DNA of 9,250 nucleotides from an uncultured archaeon (GCA_964468895.1 CAYXWT010000031.1:1-9250); one strand, 5' to 3'. Counted from the first letter of the stretch, positions 1 to 6,689 are shown. Notes: generated by a model not told the origin, from the letters alone. Translations and numbers: made by a program.

Positions 1-2
1 CT

Positions 3-1235
3 GAATTAGATGTTGAGTATGATAATTTTGTAGTTACTTCAAGTGCTAATCATCATTTAGGTGTTAAGAAAATTTGGAACAAATTAGTAGAATCAGGAGA
101 TATTTACAAAAAACAATATAAAGGTTTATATTGTGTTGGCTGTGAGAGTTATAAAACTGAAAAAGAGTTAGTAGATGGTAAATGTCCAGATCACCCAACT
201 AAAGATATAGAAATTTTTGAAGAAGAAAACTATTTTTTTAAATTATCTAAATATAAAGATGAAATATTTAAATTAATTTCAAATAATACTTATGAAATTG
301 TTCCAGAATCTAGAAAAAATGAAATTTTAGAATTTTTAAAAAATGCAAATGATATTAGTTTTTCTAGACCTATAACTAAATTACCTCATGGTGTTGTAGT
401 TCCTAATGATCCAGAACATATTATTTATGTTTGGTGTGATGCTTTATCTAATTATCTTACAGGTATTGGTTATGGTCAAGATTCTAAAGATTATAAAGAA
501 TTGTGGCCAGCAGATGCTCATATTGTAGGTAAAGATATTTTAAGATTTCATGCTGCTTATTGGCCAGCTATATTATTATCAGCTGGTATTGAACTTCCTA
601 AAAAACTTTTTGTTCATGGTTGGCTTTTAACAAATGGTCAAAAAATGAGTAAATCTACTGGTAATGCTATAGATCCTTTTGAAGAAATAAAAGCTTTTGG
701 AAAAGACATCTTTAGATTTTATTTATTAGGTTGTATGTCTTTAGGTAGAGATGGAGATTATACTAGAGATTTACTTAAAGATAAAATTAATTCTGAACTA
801 GTTAGTAATTTTTCTAATTTTTGTTATAGAACTTTATCTTTTATAGAAAAAAAATATAGTTCTAATGTCACTACTCTACATAACGATGTTGATTTAATTA
901 AAAAAATAAAAGATAAAGAAGAAATAATAAAAGAATTATATAATAATTTTAAATTTAAAAAAGTATTAGAGGAAATTCTAAATATTTCTCAATTAGGAAA
1001 TCAATATTTTCAAAGTAATGAACCTTGGAAGGAAAATCCTAAATCTATAATGGTTCTTACTACTTGTGTTAATATTATTAAAGATCTATGTATATTACTT
1101 AAACCAATTATACCTTCTGCTTGTGATAAATTAGAAAAGCAGTTAAATCTTAAAAATTTAAAGTGGAAGGATTTGGGTTTTAATTTAGAAAATCATAAAC
1201 TTAATAAATCTGAGATTTTATTTAAAAAAATATGA
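3..1235 (+). CDS. metG: Methionyl-tRNA synthetase (class I), 5'-truncated by the window edge; C-terminal 410 aa present
   Basis: Frame 3 is open from base 3. My own translation of 3-500 reads ELDVEYDNFVVTSSANHH..YKGLYCVGCESYKTEKELVDGKCPDH..YVWCDALSNYLTG. The ORF track only starts at an internal TTG (501). KMSKS signature at 642-656. Zinc-knuckle-like CVGC (132-143) and CPDH (183-194) lie in the connective peptide. A helical anticodon-binding-type C-terminus follows. The protein stops (TGA, 1233-1235) without an appended Trbp111/EMAPII-like domain. Confidence 0.93.
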   Translation, partial: ELDVEYDNFVVTSSANHHLGVKKIWNKLVESGDIYKKQYKGLYCVGCESYKTEKELVDGKCPDHPTKDIEIFEEENYFFKLSKYKDEIFKLISNNTYEIVPESRKNEILEFLKNANDISFSRPITKLPHGVVVPNDPEHIIYVWCDALSNYLTGIGYGQDSKDYKELWPADAHIVGKDILRFHAAYWPAILLSAGIELPKKLFVHGWLLTNGQKMSKSTGNAIDPFEEIKAFGKDIFRFYLLGCMSLGRDGDYTRDLLKDKINSELVSNFSNFCYRTLSFIEKKYSSNVTTLHNDVDLIKKIKDKEEIIKELYNNFKFKKVLEEILNISQLGNQYFQSNEPWKENPKSIMVLTTCVNIIKDLCILLKPIIPSACDKLEKQLNLKNLKWKDLGFNLENHKLNKSEILFKKI

Positions 1236-1328
1236 TGTATATATAAATAAAATCTAATTTTATATAAAGATAAATATTTTTTTAGGGGTGTTTTTTAAAT
1301 ATTAATAATTAAATAATAAAGTAAAAGG

Positions 1329-2006
1329 GTGATTACTATAAGTTTAATTAAACAATATGATAAAGTTGCAGAAGATTATTTTAGACTTAAAACTCAATTT
1401 TTTAAAGAAAAAGAAGATCGTGCTACAAAGTATTTATTTAAAGCTTTACCTAATTTAGAAAATAAAGTTGTTTTAGATTTTGGTTGTGGTTTTGGGTATA
1501 CTATTAAAAAGCTAGAAAGAAGAAAAGCAAAAAAGATATATGGTATAGATACTTCTAAAGTTATGCTAAATAAAGCAAAAGAAGTTCTAAAAAATTCTAA
1601 CAACTTATTTTTAGAAAATATTGAAAAAACTCATTTTAAAGATAATACTTTTGAGATAATTTATTCTAGATTTTCTTTACATTATTTAAAAAGTTTTACC
1701 AAAGCATATAATGAAATACATAGAATTCTAAAAAAGAAAGGAGTTTTAGTATTAGTTGTTTCGCACCCAATAATGAATTTACTTAATAAAAAAGAATTAA
1801 ATTATTTTGATCAAGAAATATTTGATACAAAAGTATATCATAACAAAATGACTGTTAAATTTCCATCTCATACTTTTAAAGATTATTTTTCTAAAACTTT
1901 TTTTAAAAATTTTAGATTAATAGATTTAATGGAATCTACTTTAACTTCTATTGGTTCTAAAAGTAATTTGCCAGGGGTTTTAGTTATAAAAGCAAAGATG
2001 ATGTAA
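1329..2006 (+). CDS. Class I SAM-dependent methyltransferase (Methyltransf_11/25-like), substrate unknown
   Basis: Motif I VLDFGCGFG at 1470-1496. Downstream acidic/hydrophobic strands (KIYGIDTS, IIYSRFSLHYL, LKKKGVLVLVV) are typical of the Rossmann-like MTase fold. The start is uncertain: the GTG at 1329 lies inside a GGGTGAT Shine-Dalgarno-like string (1327-1333), so the true start could be a few codons downstream. Confidence 0.8.
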   Translation: MITISLIKQYDKVAEDYFRLKTQFFKEKEDRATKYLFKALPNLENKVVLDFGCGFGYTIKKLERRKAKKIYGIDTSKVMLNKAKEVLKNSNNLFLENIEKTHFKDNTFEIIYSRFSLHYLKSFTKAYNEIHRILKKKGVLVLVVSHPIMNLLNKKELNYFDQEIFDTKVYHNKMTVKFPSHTFKDYFSKTFFKNFRLIDLMESTLTSIGSKSNLPGVLVIKAKMM

Positions 2007-2116
2007 AAATATTAATAATGATTGTTTATTATTATTTATAGAGTCCTTTTATAATATTAATTTTTCAACAGTATACTTGTATTTTGTATGTTTTCTTAAA
2101 AAATAGAGGTTTACTT

Positions 2117-2173
2117 TGTATTACTCATTAATCTGTATTACTCATCATATTTATAAACATTTTGAGTAATACA
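2117..2173. promoter_or_regulatory. Operator-like repeat set upstream of the Fic gene: TGTATTACTCAT x2 direct, plus one inverted copy
   Basis: Exact 12-mer tgtattactcat at 2117-2128 and 2134-2145 (17-bp register). Exact reverse complement of its first 11 nt (tgagtaataca) at 2163-2173, 5 bp before the ATG. Additional TTGTAT half-sites at 2077-2082 and 2084-2089. The motif contains G/C positions, so it is improbable by chance in this composition. Confidence 0.6.
2150..2157 (+). promoter_or_regulatory. TATA-box-like element (TTTATAAA) positioned for a leaderless Fic transcript
   Basis: TTTATAAA is centred about 26 nt upstream of the ATG at 2179. There is no Shine-Dalgarno sequence between them. 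It is flanked by the repeat copies above. TATA-like strings are common in DNA this AT-rich, so this is only suggestive. Confidence 0.35.
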
Positions 2174-2178
2174 TATAT

Positions 2179-3108
2179 ATGACTTATTTATCTAAACTTA
2201 AAAGAAATAATAAAACCTATTATTATCTTGTAGAAAACATCCCAATTTCAAAAGGCAAAAGAAAACAGATAAGAAAGTATATTGGTACAATTAAACCCAG
2301 TGAGAAAAAGTTATCTTTGGAAATGTCTAAATTTGAAAAAGATATTATATCTAAAAGAAAAGAATTACAAGGATTTTTTTATTTAACTAAAGACGAAGTA
2401 CAAGAAATAGAAATCATAAATTCAAATTTTTGGAAAAAATATACTAAACTTACAAAAACTCAAAGAAGTATTTTTTGGAATAATTTTGTTAATGTTTTTG
2501 TATATAATATTAATTCAATAGAAGGTTCTACTTTAACTTTTAGAGAAGTTGAATTATTATTATCAGATAATATTTCTCCAAATAGACCACTTGAAGATGT
2601 TTTAGAAACAAAATCTGCAAAAAAAGCTATAGATTATATTTTAAATTATAAAAAAGATTTATCTATAGATTTAATTACAAGTATTCATAAAATTTATTTT
2701 AAAGATAGTTTTCCAGATATTGCTGGTAAATTTAAAAGATTAAATAATAGAATAAGAGGATCTAAGTTTAATACTACTCCTAAAGAATTAGTATTAACAG
2801 ATTTAAAAATATTTATAAAAGAATATAATAAATTAAGAACAGAATTACATCCTATAGAATTAGCTTCTTGGGTTCATTGGTTTTTTGTTAAAATCCATCC
2901 ATTTCAAGATGGAAATGGAAGAATATCAAGATTACTTATGAATTTTATATTATATAAAAATAAATTTGCATTAATTGATATTAAAACTAAGGAAAAGCAA
3001 GTTTATTTTAATGCACTTGAAAGATGTAATTATTTAAATAATGCAAAACCATTAGTTCAAAGATTTGTTAGAAGATTTAAAAAACAATATAAAAATATAG
3101 AATTATAA
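2179..3108 (+). CDS. Fic-domain protein (probable AMPylase / nucleotidyl- or phospho-transferase) with an uncharacterised basic N-terminal region of about 100 aa
   Basis: Canonical Fic active-site motif HPFQDGNGR (residues 240-248, nt 2896-2922), matching HxFx(D/E)GNGRxxR and followed by ISRLL. An upstream helix carries NSIEG (nt 2512-2526), resembling the class II inhibitory (S/T)xxxE(G/N) helix. Confidence 0.9.
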   Translation: MTYLSKLKRNNKTYYYLVENIPISKGKRKQIRKYIGTIKPSEKKLSLEMSKFEKDIISKRKELQGFFYLTKDEVQEIEIINSNFWKKYTKLTKTQRSIFWNNFVNVFVYNINSIEGSTLTFREVELLLSDNISPNRPLEDVLETKSAKKAIDYILNYKKDLSIDLITSIHKIYFKDSFPDIAGKFKRLNNRIRGSKFNTTPKELVLTDLKIFIKEYNKLRTELHPIELASWVHWFFVKIHPFQDGNGRISRLLMNFILYKNKFALIDIKTKEKQVYFNALERCNYLNNAKPLVQRFVRRFKKQYKNIEL

Positions 3109-3563
3109 TTATTTTAAGGTTGTTATAGGATTAATATTCTTTGGGATTATTAGTTATTTTAAAAAACGACTTTTTTATGGAAGAGATAATTATAATTAAT
3201 TATTAAGTTTAAATTATTTTTTAAGGAATCTTTTCTTATTTAACTTTGAAGTAAAGATTTATATCTTAGAAATATATAAACATAATTTTAGAACTAATTA
3301 TATTGTACTATTATACCTATGGGTTTTCTAGATGATTTTTTAAATGGTTTTTATGGAAAGTGCAATAGTATTTATTGATAATAATTATTTGGAACTAATT
3401 TTCAGATAATTTGGTAATTTTAAGGTAGATATAAAAGAATTATCTGTACTGCTATGTAAAAAATTAGATTTTTGGTGTGATTCTATTTATTTGTATGATG
3501 TTCCTCTATATCAAAATATAAATTCTAAGATTAACAGAGTTAGGAAAAGAAGACATAATTGGT

Positions 3564-3941
3564 TTATTTTTTCTTATAACCAAATTTTTTATTATGATTT
3601 TTATGATTCATCAAATCAAAAATTAAAGATACAATTTCAATATTATTTCCTTTTATTGTATAAATCATTCTCCAGGAATTTGAAAGATTTATTTTCCATA
3701 AATTATTTACATCGTAATCTATAATATATATTTTAGAAATTCTATTTTTTGGTATGTTGATACCATATTCAGGATTTACTCTAAGTAAATCTATTTTTTG
3801 TTTAATTGATTTTAGTAATGTTTGATAATTACTACTAGTAATTCCTTTTTTTATTTCTTGACCTACAGTTTTATTTAAATCATCAAATTCTTCTTTGGCT
3901 TTTCCTGTTATAACTACTTTTATTGGTTTTTCTTTAAACAT
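3564..3941 (-). CDS. RelE/ParE-superfamily-like toxin candidate (125 aa)
   Basis: Pattern typical of RelE/ParE folds. N-terminal helical hairpin (KAKEEFDDLNK..LLKSIKQKIDLLRVNPEYG). Then beta strands LWKINLSNSWRMIYTI..IEIVSLIFDL (the aromatic-R-hydrophobic-I-Y signature). Basic C-terminal tail HKNHNKKFGYKKK. It is the second gene of a 1-nt overlapping pair. Assignment is from remembered family patterns, not a search. Confidence 0.55.
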   Translation of the reverse strand: MFKEKPIKVVITGKAKEEFDDLNKTVGQEIKKGITSSNYQTLLKSIKQKIDLLRVNPEYGINIPKNRISKIYIIDYDVNNLWKINLSNSWRMIYTIKGNNIEIVSLIFDLMNHKNHNKKFGYKKK

Positions 3942-4219
3942 TATAACTTAATTCCGTCTTTTATTGCTTTATTGAGTTTAGAGCTTTGGTTGTAAATCCA
4001 TAATATTCCTTTTCTACCATCTAATATTTTCCCTGAATTTTCTAAATATTCTAGTATTACATTTAAAGTCTGATGCATTATTTTATTTGGTAATCTTTTT
4101 TTGATATCTTCTCTTGTTATAAGGTGGTTTGCCTTCTTTAAAACTGTCTCTACTGTTAATACAGTTTTTAAGGTTGGATAATGAATTATTTCTACTTTTG
4201 TTCTTTGCATTTTCATCAC
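3941..4219 (-). CDS. Small winged-helix DNA-binding protein, candidate antitoxin/autorepressor (92 aa)
   Basis: ITREDIKKRLPNKIMHQTLNVILEYLENSGKILDGRKGILWIY reads as helix-turn-helix plus a beta-hairpin wing. Its stop TAA shares one base (3941) with the ATG of the downstream 125-aa gene (TAATG on the minus strand). Start is GTG 4219, with alternative ATGs at 4216 and 4210. Confidence 0.5.
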   Translation of the reverse strand: MMKMQRTKVEIIHYPTLKTVLTVETVLKKANHLITREDIKKRLPNKIMHQTLNVILEYLENSGKILDGRKGILWIYNQSSKLNKAIKDGIKL

Positions 4220-4393
4220 ATCTATATATTTATATATAATTATATGTATAGACTTATATATATTTGTTTTGGTTAGGTGTTTTTTATTAGTTATTTTACT
4301 AATTGATTTTATTATGTTTAAAGAATAGCTTTTTAATTTTTATTATATAATAATTATATAGTAATTAGATATTAATTGTGTGGTTAAATTTGT

Positions 4394-5059
4394 ATGTTTG
4401 AAGTGAAAGATTTTCCAAAATTAGAGTCACCATTTTCTAGAGAACTGATTAATAATAACTTTATTTTAACTTCTAAATTTAATTCTGATTATAAGTGGAT
4501 TTTTGATAAAGAAAAAGTTATTGCTTCTGAAAAATTAGATGGAACTAATGTTTCTGTAATAGTAGAAAAAGGAAAAGTAATTGGTATATATAATCGTAAA
4601 AATAAAATTGAAATTCTAAGTAATAAAAAAGATTTTAGATTTATTGAAGGTATTAATCATTCTATTTATAAAGAAAGATTTAGAACTAATAAATCTGGAC
4701 AATTTTTTGGAGAATTAATAGGCCCTTCTATTCAAAAGAATGCTTATAAAGAAGAAAAAAATATTTGGATACCTTTTTCTTATTTATTAGAAAAATGTAG
4801 TTATAAGTTTTGGTTTAAATTTATTGAAGAAAATATTGAAAATAATAAATTTGATGAAAAAGATATTTTTAATAAAATAAATGACATATTTAAAGATCTT
4901 TGGAGTCTTTATTATAGAAGAAAAACTGGAGACAAAATATTTGCAGAAGGTATTGTTTTTCATAATAAAGAAACTGGTAAAATGTGTAAACTAAGAAGAG
5001 ATATGTTTTCTTGGTATAAAGGAGATTCACATGATTTTTATAAAACTAAAATGTCTTAA
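4394..5059 (+). CDS. Minimal ATP-dependent RNA ligase family protein (Rnl2-like / PF09414-like nucleotidyltransferase domain only, 221 aa)
   Basis: Covalent nucleotidyltransferase motifs in the right order. Motif I EKLDGTN (Lys47, nt 4532-4534). Motif III FFGELIGPSIQ (res 104-114). Motif IV EGIVF (res 185-189, from nt 4946). Motif V-like GKMCKLRR (res 195-202). No extra N- or C-terminal domain. Confidence 0.72.
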   Translation: MFEVKDFPKLESPFSRELINNNFILTSKFNSDYKWIFDKEKVIASEKLDGTNVSVIVEKGKVIGIYNRKNKIEILSNKKDFRFIEGINHSIYKERFRTNKSGQFFGELIGPSIQKNAYKEEKNIWIPFSYLLEKCSYKFWFKFIEENIENNKFDEKDIFNKINDIFKDLWSLYYRRKTGDKIFAEGIVFHNKETGKMCKLRRDMFSWYKGDSHDFYKTKMS

Positions 5060-5371
5060 TTTTAATAAAAGTATAGTGTTATTATAAATGGTATAATTTT
5101 AATTTTTTTAAACAAAAATGTTCTTATTTTTAAGTAGAGAAATAATCTTGTGTTTTTAACTTTTTATTTAATTAATATCAGAAGCTCTTTTTAAATATTT
5201 CAAATTAACTTATTTTTGTGACTCTAGAAGAGAATCTTTAGGTAATACTACTAAATATAAGTATCCTTCTTTTATGTTTATTAAAGCAGAAAACTGTAGT
5301 TTTACAAAAAACTAAATTTAAAAATATTTATAAGAACAATGTTTGCTAATTATTATATAACAATTGTTATT

Positions 5372-5376
5372 AGGAG
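5372..5376 (+). promoter_or_regulatory. Shine-Dalgarno (AGGAG) for the racemase gene
   Basis: AGGAG lies 8 nt upstream of the in-frame GTG at 5385. This argues the real start is 5385 rather than the TTG at 5364 used by the ORF track. Confidence 0.5.
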
Positions 5377-5384
5377 TCTGTGTT

Positions 5385-6473
5385 GTGAGTAAATTAATAG
5401 TAGATACAAAAAAAATTATTGAAAATATAAAAAAGGTTAATGATATATTAAGCCAAAAAGATATAAAATTTACACTAGTTACAAAAATATTATCTGGCAA
5501 TAAAAAAATATTAACTAAAATTTTAAAAGATCCAATTATTAAAAAAGTACATTCAATTGGAGATTCAAGATTTTCTAATCTTAGAATTATTAAAGAAATA
5601 AATCCAAAAATTATAACAATGTACATTAAGCCTCCTTCTATTAAAGATATTAAAAAAGTAGTTCAATATGCTGATATTTCTTTAAATACTTCTCTAGAAA
5701 CTATTAAAGAAATAAATAAAGAAGCAAAACTTCAAAATAAAATTCATAAAATTATAATTATGTTAGAATTAGGTGAATTAAGAGAAGGAGTATTAGGTAA
5801 AAACTTAATTAAATTTTATACTAATTGTTTTAAACTTAAAAATGTAAAAATTCTTGGAATTGGTGCAAATTTAGGTTGTATGTATGGTATTGAACCTACT
5901 TATGATAAAATGATTCAATTATCTTTATATTCTCAATTATTAGAAGCTAAATTTAAAACTAAATTTAAATTTATTTCTGGTGGTACTTCTATTACATTGC
6001 CTTTAGTTAATAAAGGGTTGCCCAAAAAAATAAATCATTTTAGAATTGGAGAATCTGTGTTTTTAGGTACTAATCCTATGACTGGAAAAAAATTTAAAAA
6101 TTTATCTACTAGTGTTTTTAGTTATGAGGCAACAATTATTGAACTTAAAAGGAAAAGAAATATACCTGATGGAAAAATGGGTGAAGCTAGTATTGGGCAT
6201 ACTTCTGAAGTCAGTAAAGATCTTAAAAAAAGTTATAGAGCAATTTTAGATTATGGTGTTTTAGATGTAGATTCAAAAGAGATTACTCCAATTAATAAAA
6301 GTATTTCTTTTGTTGGTACTACTTCAGATATAAGTGTTTTTGATTTAGGTGAAAATGAACCTCAAAAAAATGTAATTGATAAAAAAATTGGTTCTAAAGT
6401 AAAATTTAAAGTAACATATATGGGTGTTGCAAGATTACTTCATTCAAGATACACAGAAATTAAAATTAAATAA
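5385..6473 (+). CDS. PLP-dependent amino-acid racemase, alanine/ornithine racemase family (COG3457 / YhfX-Orr-like)
   Basis: Family-typical blocks: FTLVTK (candidate PLP lysine at nt 5484-5486), IGDSRFSNL, MLELGELREG, FISGGTSITLPLV, INHFRIGESVFLG. Start moved to GTG 5385 on RBS grounds; the ORF track gives 5364. Confidence 0.8.
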   Translation: MSKLIVDTKKIIENIKKVNDILSQKDIKFTLVTKILSGNKKILTKILKDPIIKKVHSIGDSRFSNLRIIKEINPKIITMYIKPPSIKDIKKVVQYADISLNTSLETIKEINKEAKLQNKIHKIIIMLELGELREGVLGKNLIKFYTNCFKLKNVKILGIGANLGCMYGIEPTYDKMIQLSLYSQLLEAKFKTKFKFISGGTSITLPLVNKGLPKKINHFRIGESVFLGTNPMTGKKFKNLSTSVFSYEATIIELKRKRNIPDGKMGEASIGHTSEVSKDLKKSYRAILDYGVLDVDSKEITPINKSISFVGTTSDISVFDLGENEPQKNVIDKKIGSKVKFKVTYMGVARLLHSRYTEIKIK

Positions 6474-6646
6474 AATTTAGATTTTTGTATTTATGTTATA
6501 ATTAGATTTCTTTTGAAATTTATTTTTTTCTATTTTTTAAAAATAAAAAATTAATTTCTAAAATGGGAAGGCATTATAAAAACAAATCAAGAAGAAGAAC
6601 TTAAAGCTAAAATATGTTTTACATTAAATCTTAAAAAAAAATAAGT

Positions 6647-6671
6647 AAAACTAGAAAAAAATTCTAGTTTT
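6647..6671. terminator. Bidirectional hairpin between the convergent racemase and RuBisCO genes
   Basis: Perfect 10-bp stem aaaactagaa (6647-6656) / ttctagtttt (6662-6671) with a 5-nt A loop. T-runs follow it on both strands. It lies 19 nt past the RuBisCO stop (6690-6692). The stem is AT-rich, so stability is modest. Confidence 0.5.
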
Positions 6672-6689
6672 TTAGATTTTAAGTTTGTT

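Noticed and set aside
1233-1235. Possible TGA recoding (the only TGA stop in the window, at the end of MetRS)
   Set aside because: No CDS in the window needs an in-frame TGA to stay open, and all the other complete CDS end in TAA. Read-through would add only five codons before a TAA. The standard code explains everything.
1394-1603. 69-aa ORF on the minus strand
   Set aside because: It lies entirely antisense inside the well-supported methyltransferase CDS. The protein is low-complexity and Phe/Leu/Ser-rich, as expected from reading an AT-rich gene backwards. There is no RBS or motif.
3491-3724. 77-aa ORF on the plus strand
   Set aside because: It overlaps the 3' part of the RelE-like gene on the opposite strand. 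The sequence is Tyr/Asn/Phe-rich and low-complexity, and starts at a TTG with no RBS. The minus-strand reading has the recognisable fold signature and operon context.
4234-4245. Perfect 12-bp palindrome ATATAATTATAT upstream of the wHTH gene, with ATAATTATAT repeated at 4350-4359, as a possible operator
   Set aside because: It is pure A/T low-complexity sequence embedded in (TA)n-like runs. It cannot be distinguished from TATA-like promoter sequence or from chance. It is worth testing only if the 92-aa protein is shown to bind this region.
5364-5384. TTG start for the racemase as given in the ORF track (MLLGVCV...)
   Set aside because: The AGGAG at 5372-5376 would then lie inside the coding sequence. 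It is ideally spaced (8 nt) for the in-frame GTG at 5385, and the seven extra residues are not family-like.
2007-5384. The island as a bona fide mobile element
   Set aside because: There is no integrase, transposase, recombinase or tRNA target in or next to it, and I could find no convincing terminal direct or inverted repeats. It can only be called an accessory-looking region.
5318-5626. 102-aa hydrophobic ORF on the minus strand
   Set aside because: It is antisense to the racemase N-terminus. Ile/Phe/Leu-rich pseudo-transmembrane sequence is the typical mirror artefact of a Lys/Asn/Glu-rich AT-rich gene.
6563-6604. Mini-ORF MGRHYKNKSRRRT in the racemase-RuBisCO spacer
   Set aside because: It has only 13 codons, no RBS, and no resemblance that I can substantiate to a known small basic protein such as L41e. 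It is most likely chance.
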